A DNA stretch of 64,000 nucleotides from Clostridiales bacterium (GTDB taxonomy: Bacteria; Bacillota; Clostridia; Oscillospirales; CAG-272), in assembly GCA_012840355.1 (NCBI GenBank), contig DULN01000010.1, forward strand, positions 226,683-290,682. The letters are read 5' to 3'. The position numbers were made by a program, and so were the translations under genes. The stretch's first letter is position 1. Each line of letters opens with the position of its first letter. Of this stretch, positions 51,462 to 61,009 are shown piece after piece. The notes beneath the pieces were generated by a model. It did not search any database. It was given only the letters and a program-made list of their open reading frames with translations, and had not been told where the DNA came from.

Positions 51462-52594
51462 ACGTCGCTTTCTCCTAGTACCTCTCTATAGTGCCGGTAA
51501 AACCGCTCAAACTCGCCTAAATCGAGCGCCTCGCGGATTTTTTTCATGAGCTCATTGTAAAAGTAAAGGTTATGCATCACGCACAGACGCATCGCGAGCA
51601 TCTCTTTGGCTTTGAAAAGGTGGCGGATATACGCCCGGCTGTAGCGCCGGCAGGCCGGGCAGCCGCATTTCTCGCTGATTGGGCCGGTGTCGTACATATA
51701 CCTTTCGTTTGTAATGTTTAGCTTGCCATCCCAGGTGAAAAGCGTGCCGTGGCGCGCGTTACGGCTGGGCATGACGCAGTCGAAAAAGTCGACGCCGCGG
51801 TACACCGCCTCGAGGATATTGACCGGCGTGCCTACGCCCATAAGGTAGCGCGGCCGGTCGGCTGGCATCAGCGGCTCGACGACCTCGATTATATGATACA
51901 TCACCTCTGCCGGCTCGCCGACCGCAAGCCCGCCTATCGCGTAGCCGTCAAGGTCTAGCTCGGCGATTTTTTTCATATGCTCTGCGCGCAAATCGTCGAA
52001 GGTGCAGCCTTGGTTTATCCCCCATAGCATCTGGTTGGGGTTGACGGTGCCGGGGAGGGAATTAAGCCTCGCCATTTCGGCTTTGCAGCGTACAAGCCAG
52101 CGGTATGTGCGGTCCGCCGCCTCTTTCGCATAGCTGTACTCGGCGGGGTTTTCGACGCATTCGTCAAACGCCATCGCAATCGTCGAGCCGAGGTTCGACT
52201 GTATCCGCATGCTCTCTTCGGGGCCCATAAAAATGGCACGCCCGTCGAGGTGGGAGTTGAAATAAACGCCCTCCTCGCGTATTTTGCGAAGTTTGGCGAG
52301 CGAAAATACCTGAAACCCGCCGCTGTCGGTGAGGATCGGCCCGTCCCAAGAGAAAAACTTATGCAGCCCGCCGAGTTCGCGGACGAGCGCATCGCCCGGA
52401 CGGAGGTGAAGGTGGTATGTGTTTGACAGCACTATTTGGCAGCCAATCTCACGCAGGTCATCCGTCGACACCGCGCCTTTTATGGCGGCGACTGTCGCCA
52501 CGTTCATAAAAACCGGCGTTTCGATTGTGCCGTGTACCGTCTCAAACCTGCCGCGCCTTGCGCGGCCCTCTTGTTTTAGCAGCGTAAAAGACAT
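51458..52594 (-). CDS. tgt: Queuine tRNA-ribosyltransferase
   Basis: GRFETVHGTIETPVFMNV, LTDSGGFQVFS, zinc site CGCPACRRYSRAYIRHL. Confidence 0.9.
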   Translation of the reverse strand: MSFTLLKQEGRARRGRFETVHGTIETPVFMNVATVAAIKGAVSTDDLREIGCQIVLSNTYHLHLRPGDALVRELGGLHKFFSWDGPILTDSGGFQVFSLAKLRKIREEGVYFNSHLDGRAIFMGPEESMRIQSNLGSTIAMAFDECVENPAEYSYAKEAADRTYRWLVRCKAEMARLNSLPGTVNPNQMLWGINQGCTFDDLRAEHMKKIAELDLDGYAIGGLAVGEPAEVMYHIIEVVEPLMPADRPRYLMGVGTPVNILEAVYRGVDFFDCVMPSRNARHGTLFTWDGKLNITNERYMYDTGPISEKCGCPACRRYSRAYIRHLFKAKEMLAMRLCVMHNLYFYNELMKKIREALDLGEFERFYRHYREVLGESDV

Positions 52595-52646
52595 CTTCTA
52601 ACCTTATATCGTCATTATTTAGAAATTTTTGTAGGCGGTATATACA

Positions 52647-54725
52647 TTATGTCCTTAAAAACAGCTTTTCAAGCCAAGCCTTGCTGGCTTCGACCGCGAC
52701 CGGGCGGCCGTGCGGGCAGACACGGACGGCAGGGTCGGTCATCACACGCTGAACCAGCCAAAAGAGCGAAGCCGCACTTCCGTCGTCGCGCCCGGCTTTC
52801 ATTGCGGCTTTGCACGACGCGGTGTAAAGCGCCTGTTCGTAAAGCGCGTCGCGCTCAAGCCTCGGCGTGCCCCCGCCTTCGGCGAGCGCGGCAGCAAGCG
52901 TCGCGAAAAGCTCGCCCGCCGCTTCGGTAGAAAGCCCAGCCGGTATCTGTAAGAGCCCGAGCCTTCCGTCATCAAGCTCGACGTATCCATACCCGAGCGC
53001 GTCAAATTCAGCGGCAAACTCGCCGACCGCCGCGCGCTCCTGCGGCGATAATGCAACCTCGATCGGTATAAACAGCAGTTGCGACTGGGCATCGGCTTGG
53101 CTGTGGAGCCGTTTTTTCATGTCTTCGAACAAGACCCGCTCGTGTGCAGCGTGCTTGTCGATTATATAAAGCCGCTCGCCCGACTCGACGAAGATATAGC
53201 AGTTAAAAAGCACGCCGGCGATCCGGTAATCCTGACCCAAATCAAACTCAATTTTATCATGTGATTCCTCTTGCGGCTGGGCAGGCAGCGACAATTGAGA
53301 CTGCGGCTCGGTTTTCCCGCTGGGCTGCGCAGGCTTTAGCGACTCGGCTGTGTCGATGGAAAAAAGCAGCTCGTCAAGCCGCGGCAGCTTTATAGGTTTG
53401 CTACCGGAGCCTTTAGCCTCATTTGGCTCGATAGAACTCGCAGCGCCGCCTACAATTTCAGCTTGCCCGCGAGAAGGGGATTTCCCCCTTGCGGCTTTGG
53501 ACGTTTTTTGAGTATCCGAAGTTTTTGTCTCTGGCGCGGCGCCCGCAGCCTTCTCATCCGGCTTTTCGCTAGGCGCGCTTTCGCCGGCTGGCTCGCCTTG
53601 CTCGAGGAGGGCGGACGCGGGCGTGGTGTCGCCGTCGCGCTCGTTTTGCTCGAGCTTGCCGCTTATAATTTGGGCCATAGGTCCGAGGTCGTCGCCGGTA
53701 AGCTTGACGCGTGGCTCGCTGAGCTTTGTCAGCGGCAGCCTTGTCATAAGCGCGTTGCGGACAGCGCAGTATACCGCCTCGAACACAGCGCGCTCGTTTG
53801 AAAATTTGACCTCGAGCTTCGTGGGGTGCACGTTCACGTCGACGAGCGTCGGGTGTATTGCGATGTGCAGCACGCAAGCGGGGAACTTGTCGGCGGGTAT
53901 GTACGACTCGAATGCCTGCTCGACAGCGGTGGAAATGGTAAGGCTTTTAATATATCTGCCGTTGACGAAGAAGTTTTCATAGTTGCGGTTGCCGCGCGCG
54001 GCTTCGGGCGTACCGATAAACCCCGTGACGTTTATCCCCTCGGTCATTTCGTCGACCGGCACGAGCCGGCGCGCGAAATCGCGCCCTAGCACCGCGTAGA
54101 TCGCGTCCTCAAGCTTGCCGGTCCCGGCGGTTTCAAATTTTACCGTGCCGTCGGAAATATAGCGTATCGCGATGTCGGGCCTTGAGAGCGCGAGCTTTTC
54201 GACAATCGAGCTTACCGCCAGCGCCTCGCTCGAGTCTTTTTTTAAAAACTTAAGCCTCGCGGGCACGTTCGCGAACAGCTCCTCGACTATAACCGTCGTT
54301 CCGGCGGGCGCGCCGGTGTCGTGTACTTCTACCTCGCCGTCGGGCTCGCTGACAAGCAGCGTGCCTATCTGTTCTTTGCGCGTGCGCGTGATAATCCGCA
54401 CGCGGGCGACGCTCGAGATTGCGGCGAGCGCCTCGCCGCGGAACCCGAGCGTCATAATCGACGCAAGGTCCGAGGCGTCTGATATTTTACTTGTCGCGTG
54501 CCTCTTTAGGGCAACTGGCGCGTCTTCGCGAGCGATGCCGCAGCCGTTGTCGGCGACGCGGATAAAGGTAATGCCGCCCCGCTTGATTTCGACCGTTATT
54601 TGTGTCGCGCCGGCGTCGACAGAGTTTTCAAGAAGTTCCTTTACGACCGACGCCGGGCGCTCGACCACTTCACCGGCGGCTATGAGGTTTGCAACCGATT
54701 GGTCAAGTATGTTTATCTTAGGCAA
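52647..54725 (-). CDS. mutL: DNA mismatch repair protein MutL
   Basis: IAAGEVVERPASVVKELLENSVDAGAT, GFRGEALAAI. C-terminal dimerisation domain with HGRP. Confidence 0.9.
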   Translation of the reverse strand: MPKINILDQSVANLIAAGEVVERPASVVKELLENSVDAGATQITVEIKRGGITFIRVADNGCGIAREDAPVALKRHATSKISDASDLASIMTLGFRGEALAAISSVARVRIITRTRKEQIGTLLVSEPDGEVEVHDTGAPAGTTVIVEELFANVPARLKFLKKDSSEALAVSSIVEKLALSRPDIAIRYISDGTVKFETAGTGKLEDAIYAVLGRDFARRLVPVDEMTEGINVTGFIGTPEAARGNRNYENFFVNGRYIKSLTISTAVEQAFESYIPADKFPACVLHIAIHPTLVDVNVHPTKLEVKFSNERAVFEAVYCAVRNALMTRLPLTKLSEPRVKLTGDDLGPMAQIISGKLEQNERDGDTTPASALLEQGEPAGESAPSEKPDEKAAGAAPETKTSDTQKTSKAARGKSPSRGQAEIVGGAASSIEPNEAKGSGSKPIKLPRLDELLFSIDTAESLKPAQPSGKTEPQSQLSLPAQPQEESHDKIEFDLGQDYRIAGVLFNCYIFVESGERLYIIDKHAAHERVLFEDMKKRLHSQADAQSQLLFIPIEVALSPQERAAVGEFAAEFDALGYGYVELDDGRLGLLQIPAGLSTEAAGELFATLAAALAEGGGTPRLERDALYEQALYTASCKAAMKAGRDDGSAASLFWLVQRVMTDPAVRVCPHGRPVAVEASKAWLEKLFLRT

Positions 54726-54762
54726 TATAACGCACCTCGCGCCGCAAATTTTTTTGCGGCAG

Positions 54763-57366
54763 TTATTCTGCGAGCTTTTTCAGCTCGGAGAGGAGATTCA
54801 GCGCTTCGAGCGGGGTAAGCAGGTCGACGTCGACTTTAAGGAGCCGCTCGCGCACCTCGGCGGCTTTGATATCGTCGATTGTGATAGGCTCGCTTTCGGG
54901 TTTCGGCTCGGGCGGCGGAGCGGCCATTTTCGCGCGCTGTTCAAGCTGCTCGAGTACCTCCCGCGCGCGCCGGATTACCGTTTTCGGCACGCCCGCGAGC
55001 TTCGCTACCTCGATGCCGTAGCTATCATCGGTCGCGCCACGCAGGATTTTGCGCAAAAATATTATGTCGTCGCCCTTCTTTTTTGCGGCGATGTTGCAGT
55101 TGAAGATGCCCTCGACCTGCCCTTCAAGGTCGGTAAGCTCGTGGTAGTGGGTGGCGAATAGAGTTTTTGCGCCTATCTTTTTGCTTGCGGTATACTCGGC
55201 GACGGCACGGGCTATTGACATGCCGTCGAACGTGCTTGTCCCGCGGCCAATCTCGTCGTAGAGTATCAGGCTGCGCTTTGTCGCGTGCGTGAGGATATAG
55301 GCGACCTCGTTCATCTCAAGCATGAAAGTCGAGGTGCCCGAGGCAAGGTCGTCGGACGCGCCAACGCGCGTGAAAATCTTGTCGACGATGCCGATCCTCG
55401 CGCTCGACGCCGGCACAAAGGAGCCAATTTGAGCAAGCAGCACAATCAGCGCGACCTGGCGCATATAAGTGGATTTACCCGCCATGTTCGGGCCGGTTAT
55501 GAGCATAAGCCTGTGATGCCCGCAGTCGAGGTATGTGTCGTTCGGCACGAACGCGCCCTCGGTAAAGCGCTCGACGACGGGATGGCGGCCGTCCTTTATA
55601 TCAATCACGTCGCTGTAGTCGACCTCGGGCCGGCAGTAGCCGTACTCCGAGGCAACTTCGGCGAGGCTGCAGTATACGTCCAGCAGCGCTAGGGTCGCCG
55701 CGACGCGCTGGATACGCGGGGTCTCGGCGGAAACCCGCTCGCGCAGCTGCGAAAATAGCTCCTGCTCAAGCGCGGCGAGCCTGTCCGACGCGCCGAGTAT
55801 CGTCTGCTCGGTTTCTTTAAGCTTTTCGGTAATAAACCGCTCGCCGCCCGCAAGCGTCTGCTTGCGTATGTATCGGCCGGGGATTTGCGAAAGGTTCGAC
55901 TTCGATACCTCTATGTAATAACCGAACACGCGGTTGTAGCCAACTTTCAGGTTCTTTATGCCTGTAGCCTGGCGCTCCTCTTCGGCGATGCGCTCTATGT
56001 AGCTTTTGGCGTCCTTTACAATCTCGCGCAGCCGGTCGGCTTCCTCGCTTGCGCCCGGGCGTATGAAGCCGCCGTCGTGTACCGAAAATGGCGGGTCGTC
56101 GCAAATGGTTTTGTCTATATCCTCGCGCACGTCTGTTAGCTCGTCAAGCGAGTCGCGCAACGAGCAAAGCTCGGGGTCCCGGCAGTCGGCGAGCAGGGAT
56201 TTTATCTCAGGCACGGCTGCAAGCGAGCTTGAGACCGCCTTCATATCGCGCGGGCCCGCTGTTCCGTATACAATTTTCGTCGTGAGCCGCTCAAGGTCGA
56301 GCACTTTCGACAAACACTCGCCGAGCTCTTTGCGAAGGATAAACGATGAGGCAAGCTCGCCGACCGCGCCCTGCCTGCGCTGGATTTTGTTGCAGTCGAG
56401 CAGCGGCGCCTCTATAAACCGCCGCAGCAGCCTTGCGCCCGCTGAAGTCCTCGTGCGGTCGAGCGCCCAAAGCAGCGAGCCTTTGCGTTCGCCGGTGCGC
56501 ATGGTTTCGCATAGCTCAAGGCTGCGGCGGGTGTTGGGGTCGATCTCCATGTACTTGCGCTCATCGTAGACCGAAAGCTCGGTGATGTTGCCGAGCGCCG
56601 AGCGCTGGGTCTCCTCGACGTATCCGAGCAGCGCGCCGACCGCGCGGACCATCGTCAGCTCGCGCTCACTTGGCACGCCGGCGGAGGGGAAGCGGCCCGG
56701 GAACTGCGCTCTGACTCTGTCTAGCGCGGCGCCGCCGTCAAACCGCGAGGGGGCATTGTCGACGACCGCGCAACCAATCCGCTTTGTCAGGTACTCCCTC
56801 AGCTTCGGATACGCCACGATGTCTGTGTCGCAGAGCAGCTCGCGCGGCTGATAGCGCGCGATTTCGGCGAGCACGCGGTCTATTATGTCAGCCCTGTCCC
56901 CCGAATCGAATACTGCCGCCTCGATGTCGCCGGTAGAGATGTCGCAAAAACAAACTCCGGCGGCAGCCGGCGAAAAACAGAGCGCTGCGATGTAGTTGTT
57001 GCGCTTGTCGTCGAGCATGCCGCCGTCTATTATCGTGCCCGGCGTCACGATGCGCACCACTTCGCGGCGCACAAGCCCCTTTGCGGTCGACGGGTCTTCC
57101 ATTTGTTCGCAAATTACGACTTTATAGCCTTTCGCCACGAGCCTAGCTATGTAGCTGTCGGCTGAGTGGTATGGGACGCCGCACATGGGGGCGCGTTCGC
57201 CCTCGCCGCAATCGCGGCCGGTTAGCGTTAGGTCTAGCTCGCGCGACACAAGCTTTGCGTCGTCAAAGAACATCTCGTAAAAGTCGCCGAGCCGATAAAA
57301 GACAATCGCGTCCATGTATTGGCGTTTTATCTCGAGGTATTGCTGCATCATCGGGGTCAGCGGCAT
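54763..57366 (-). CDS. mutS: DNA mismatch repair protein MutS
   Basis: MPLTPMMQQYLEIKRQY, Walker A TGPNMAGKST, DEIGRGTSTFDG. Start set to the ATG at 57366; the track extension covers a GC hairpin. Confidence 0.9.
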   Translation of the reverse strand: MPLTPMMQQYLEIKRQYMDAIVFYRLGDFYEMFFDDAKLVSRELDLTLTGRDCGEGERAPMCGVPYHSADSYIARLVAKGYKVVICEQMEDPSTAKGLVRREVVRIVTPGTIIDGGMLDDKRNNYIAALCFSPAAAGVCFCDISTGDIEAAVFDSGDRADIIDRVLAEIARYQPRELLCDTDIVAYPKLREYLTKRIGCAVVDNAPSRFDGGAALDRVRAQFPGRFPSAGVPSERELTMVRAVGALLGYVEETQRSALGNITELSVYDERKYMEIDPNTRRSLELCETMRTGERKGSLLWALDRTRTSAGARLLRRFIEAPLLDCNKIQRRQGAVGELASSFILRKELGECLSKVLDLERLTTKIVYGTAGPRDMKAVSSSLAAVPEIKSLLADCRDPELCSLRDSLDELTDVREDIDKTICDDPPFSVHDGGFIRPGASEEADRLREIVKDAKSYIERIAEEERQATGIKNLKVGYNRVFGYYIEVSKSNLSQIPGRYIRKQTLAGGERFITEKLKETEQTILGASDRLAALEQELFSQLRERVSAETPRIQRVAATLALLDVYCSLAEVASEYGYCRPEVDYSDVIDIKDGRHPVVERFTEGAFVPNDTYLDCGHHRLMLITGPNMAGKSTYMRQVALIVLLAQIGSFVPASSARIGIVDKIFTRVGASDDLASGTSTFMLEMNEVAYILTHATKRSLILYDEIGRGTSTFDGMSIARAVAEYTASKKIGAKTLFATHYHELTDLEGQVEGIFNCNIAAKKKGDDIIFLRKILRGATDDSYGIEVAKLAGVPKTVIRRAREVLEQLEQRAKMAAPPPEPKPESEPITIDDIKAAEVRERLLKVDVDLLTPLEALNLLSELKKLAE

Positions 57367-57503
57367 AGGCTCTCTTGCTCCAAGTATAAAAGTTTTTTGC
57401 GGGGCGGCATTATGCCGCCCCATAAAGACGTTAAAATCGAATAGTCAAGCTGGCTTTTTCGTTCGCTTAATTTAGCGCTCCAAAAAGCACAGCAGGGAAA
57501 ATA

Positions 57504-58892
57504 TTAGTCTGCGGCAAGCTTGCCCGTCAAGGTATAAACGTCCGCGCCGGTAATCTCGACCCAGGCGAAATTGCCGGTCAGCGCCTCGTATCCGCCTGTA
57601 AAATGCACGAGCTTCGCGTGCTTCGAGCGCCCGCTGTAAACCTCGGGGTTCGTTTTGCTCGGGCCTTCGACGAGCAGCCGCACGCGCTGGCCGATAAAGC
57701 GGCTGTTTTTCGCGATCGATATCGCGTTTTGAACCTCAAGCAGGCGCGCAAACCGCTCGGTTTTTACCTCGTGGGGCGTCGTATCCTCAAGTTCGGCCGC
57801 GGGCGTCCCCTTGCGCGGGGAGTAGATGAACGAGTATATAAAATCAAACTGAGCTTTCTCGACTGCGTCGAGTGTCTCGGCGAAATCCTCCTCGGTCTCG
57901 CCGGGGAAGCCGACGATTATGTCCGACGAGAGCGCGATGTCGGGGATTTTTTTGCGCATGTACTCGACAAGCGAAAGGTAATGCTCGCGGGTGTAGCGAC
58001 GGTTCATGGCGGCGAGGATTTTATTTGAGCCAGCCTGCATCGGGAGGTGGAAGTGGCGCGCGACGTGCTCCGAGCTGGCGATGACGTCGATGAGCTCGTG
58101 CGTAGCGTCTTTCGGGTGGCTGGTCATAAAGCGTATCACATAGTCGCCCGGGATTTTGTCAAGCTCATAAAGAAGTTTTGCAAAGCCGTACTCGTATGAG
58201 TTGACGTTCTGCCCGAGCAGCGTGATGTCCTTGCAGCCGGTCTCGACCAGCTCGCGAGCCTCGGCGAGTATCGCCTCGGGGCGGCGGCTGCGCTCACGCC
58301 CGCGGACATATGGGACTATGCAGTAGGTGCAAAAGTTGTTGCACCCGTACATAATAGGCAGCCAAGCCTTCCAAGTGGTCTCGCGCTTTACCGGCAGGTC
58401 CTCGGAAGGCGTTTCGACATTGTCGTACTCGTCGGGGTAAAACACGCGCTTTTTCGACGTCAGCGCATTATAAAGGATTTCAGGATACCGCTCGGGGGAT
58501 TTTGTGCCGAAAAGGAAATCGACGTATGGGTAGTGCTTTTTGATTTCCTCCATCCGGTGGGGCTGCGCGGTCATGCAGCCGCAGACGCCGACGAGGACTT
58601 CGGGATTTGCTTCTTTAAGGTGCTTTGCGCGCCCGATGAGCGATAGCGCCTTTTTTTCGGCATGTTCGCGCACAGCGCAGGTGTTGTATATGACAAGTGA
58701 CGCGCCGTCGGGCGAGGCGGCGCGCACAAAACCCATCGCTTCGGTCATTCCGGCAAGCCTTTCGCTGTCGGCTTCGTTTTGCTGGCAACCGAAAGTTTCG
58801 ATATAATATGCCGGTCTGCGCGGCATCGACGCGACAATGGCGGCGACCGCCTCCATGTATCGGCGCGCGGATTCGGCGTAACTATTTTGCAT
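57504..58892 (-). CDS. miaB: tRNA-2-methylthio-N6-dimethylallyladenosine synthase
   Basis: YYIETFGCQQNEADSE (UPF0004 domain), radical SAM CNNFCTYC, C-terminal TRAM domain. Confidence 0.9.
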   Translation of the reverse strand: MQNSYAESARRYMEAVAAIVASMPRRPAYYIETFGCQQNEADSERLAGMTEAMGFVRAASPDGASLVIYNTCAVREHAEKKALSLIGRAKHLKEANPEVLVGVCGCMTAQPHRMEEIKKHYPYVDFLFGTKSPERYPEILYNALTSKKRVFYPDEYDNVETPSEDLPVKRETTWKAWLPIMYGCNNFCTYCIVPYVRGRERSRRPEAILAEARELVETGCKDITLLGQNVNSYEYGFAKLLYELDKIPGDYVIRFMTSHPKDATHELIDVIASSEHVARHFHLPMQAGSNKILAAMNRRYTREHYLSLVEYMRKKIPDIALSSDIIVGFPGETEEDFAETLDAVEKAQFDFIYSFIYSPRKGTPAAELEDTTPHEVKTERFARLLEVQNAISIAKNSRFIGQRVRLLVEGPSKTNPEVYSGRSKHAKLVHFTGGYEALTGNFAWVEITGADVYTLTGKLAAD

Positions 58893-58946
58893 CTTTGAGT
58901 AAACTCCAGTTTTCGCTATAAGCTATAGTCAAAATGTTTACAATAA

Positions 58947-58976
58947 ATTATACCCGAGATTCGTATAAGATGTCAA
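58947..58976 (-). promoter_or_regulatory. Sigma-A-type promoter of miaB-mutS-mutL
   Basis: Minus strand: TTGACA (58976..58971), 18-nt spacer, TATAAT (58952..58947). Confidence 0.55.
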
Positions 58977-59085
58977 GGCAGAAATAAAAAGCCGTCATGT
59001 GCCCCGGCTTTGCCGAAAGGCTCGCCATTACAAAAAATTGCCTTTTTGTTTATAAATATTTAAATTTCGAGCCATCTGGCGCGTA

Positions 59086-59114
59086 TTGACAATGGCGCAG
59101 CGGGATAGTATAAT
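59086..59114 (+). promoter_or_regulatory. Consensus sigma-A-type promoter
   Basis: TTGACA (59086..59091), 17-nt spacer, TATAAT (59109..59114). Confidence 0.6.
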
Positions 59115-59156
59115 GTAAAATACAGTTTATATGTTAACCAGGAGGGACGGGGGAGA

Positions 59157-59357
59157 ATGAAGGTAACAAAGGAAACTATCATCGGCGACGTGCTCGATTA
59201 TGATATAGAAACCGCCCAGTTTTTCATCGAAATCGGGATGCATTGTCTTGGATGCCCCGCTTCGAGAGGCGAGACTATTGCCGAGGCCTGCGAGGTCCAC
59301 GGCGTGGATGCAGACGAGCTGGTAGAAAAAATCAACGCTTTTCTTGCCAAAAAATAA
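59157..59357 (+). CDS. DUF1858-type small redox-disulfide protein (hybrid-cluster-protein-associated family)
   Basis: 66 aa: TIGDVLDYDIETAQFFIEIGMHCLGCPASRGETIAEACEVHGVD. Strong RBS GGGGGAG. Confidence 0.7.
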   Translation: MKVTKETIIGDVLDYDIETAQFFIEIGMHCLGCPASRGETIAEACEVHGVDADELVEKINAFLAKK

Positions 59358-59371
59358 GCGGCCGATGGGGA

Positions 59372-59407
59372 GCAAGGCGGGCACCAGCTGCCCGCCTTGC
59401 CTCTCTT
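59372..59407 (+). terminator. Hairpin after the DUF1858 gene (possible terminator or attenuator)
   Basis: 12-bp stem gcaaggcgggca (59372..59383) pairs with tgcccgccttgc (59389..59400), followed by ctctctt (a weak U tract). Confidence 0.45.
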
Positions 59408-59424
59408 AATGGCAAAGACGGCTT

Positions 59425-60129
59425 ATGGTGGTTTTAAGCGACAGGCTCAAATCGGTTGCCTCATTCGTGAGGCGGGGCAGCCTTGCCGTAGACGTGGGTT
59501 GCGACCACGCTTACCTCGCGATTTGGCTGGTAAAAAACAACATCGCAAGGCATGTTATCGCATCAGACGTAAACGAGGGGCCGCTATTCCGTGCGATGAA
59601 TAACATCGCAAAAGAAGGCGTAGCCGACCGCATCACCGTGCTGCGCACGCGTGGCCTTGACGGTATCGCGCAATACGACCCCGACGACATCATAATCGCT
59701 GGCATGGGCGCCGACCAAATCGTCGAGATACTCATGGCAGCGCCATTTACGCGCTCGCACGGCAAGCGCGTTATTTTGCAGCCGATGACAAAGCCCGAGC
59801 GGGTCAGGCGCGAGATTGTGCGCATGGGATATGTCATCCGCGACGAGGCTCTAACCCTCGACAAGGGCAGGATTTATCAGGTCATCTGCGCTGAAGGGGG
59901 CGGCCGCGGGCATGGGGAAGGGTATAACCCCATAACGCCGGGCGAGTATTTGCTCGGCCGGCGCATAATCGAGCGGCGCGGCGAGCTGTTCGAGCGGTAC
60001 CTTGCAGAGCAGGCGAATATCGTCGCGACAAGGTTCACTGCGAAGAAAAACGCCGGCGCCGACTATGAGGACGACCGTATTTTGCTTCATGAGCTAATTG
60101 AAATCCAAAGGCGCGCGCCGGCAGGGTAA
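59425..60129 (+). CDS. trmK: tRNA (adenine22-N1)-methyltransferase TrmK
   Basis: LSDRLKSVASFV...VDVGCDHAYLAIWLV...ASDVNEGPL; IAGMGADQI. Confidence 0.8.
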   Translation: MVVLSDRLKSVASFVRRGSLAVDVGCDHAYLAIWLVKNNIARHVIASDVNEGPLFRAMNNIAKEGVADRITVLRTRGLDGIAQYDPDDIIIAGMGADQIVEILMAAPFTRSHGKRVILQPMTKPERVRREIVRMGYVIRDEALTLDKGRIYQVICAEGGGRGHGEGYNPITPGEYLLGRRIIERRGELFERYLAEQANIVATRFTAKKNAGADYEDDRILLHELIEIQRRAPAG

Positions 60130-60240
60130 AACCTGCATACAGCGCAGGCTGTAAATATAAAATAACACGGGAAAATATTGCGCCGTAAAAAAATGCCGGC
60201 GCTACATATACGGGAAAAAACGGAAAATACGGGCACAGCA

Positions 60241-60996
60241 ATGAGGACGCTTGAAATATACACGGCTTTGCGCGAGCATATCCCGGCGGAGCTTGCAGCC
60301 GGCTGGGACAATGAGGGAGTAATGCTGCTTGCCGACCGGGAAAAAGACATAAAACGCGCGCTTGTTACCCTTGATATAACCGAGGCTGCGGTGGACGAGG
60401 CGGTCGAAAGCGGGTGCGAGCTTATCGTCTCGCACCACCCGGTGATTTTCAAGCCTTTAAAACGGCTTGAGAGCCCAAAGCTCTTAAAGATGGTGCGCGC
60501 GGGTATCTCGGCGCTGTCTTTTCACACATCGCTCGACTGCGCGCCGGGCGGTACTGCCGACACGCTGGCGGGGCTGCTTGGTCTTTTCGATTTGCAGCCA
60601 CTGTTCGACGAGGGGATTCCCTGCGGCAGGATTGGGCGGCTGGCAGAGCCGCTTTCTTTCGACGGGCTTGTAGCGAGGGTGAAAAAAGCCGTCTCGCCCG
60701 CGATAATGCAAGTTGTCGCGCGGCGGGATAGCGGCGAGTATTTGCGGGTAGCGGTATGCCCGGGCGAGGGCAAGTCGCTTTATCCGGCGGCGCTCGAGGC
60801 GGGCGCGGACGCATATATTTGCGGCTCGATGCCGTATAACGAAATGTGCGACGCCTCGGAGCGCGGCATGACGGTTGTTTCCGCGGGGCATTTTGAAACC
60901 GAGCAGCCGGTATGCGCGCGCCTTGCGGGGCTTTTGGCAGGGCTCGGCGTTGAATGCACCGTTTTTAAGTCTAACCCGGCTCTCATCTTAAATTAG
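60241..60996 (+). CDS. Nif3-like dinuclear metal centre protein (YqfO family)
   Basis: WDNEGV, LIVSHHPVIFKP, C-terminal SAGHFETE. Conserved trmK-nif3 pairing. Start at the ATG at 60241. Confidence 0.8.
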   Translation: MRTLEIYTALREHIPAELAAGWDNEGVMLLADREKDIKRALVTLDITEAAVDEAVESGCELIVSHHPVIFKPLKRLESPKLLKMVRAGISALSFHTSLDCAPGGTADTLAGLLGLFDLQPLFDEGIPCGRIGRLAEPLSFDGLVARVKKAVSPAIMQVVARRDSGEYLRVAVCPGEGKSLYPAALEAGADAYICGSMPYNEMCDASERGMTVVSAGHFETEQPVCARLAGLLAGLGVECTVFKSNPALILN

Positions 60997-61009
60997 ATTG
61001 GAATACAAT

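Noticed and set aside
57401-57421. GC hairpin ggggcggc-attat-gccgcccc between miaB and mutS, considered as a terminator
   Set aside because: On the minus (transcribed) strand it is followed by gcaaaaaac rather than a U-tract, and on the plus strand the T-run precedes it. It therefore does not fit an intrinsic terminator in either orientation. It may simply be a structure in the mutS leader.
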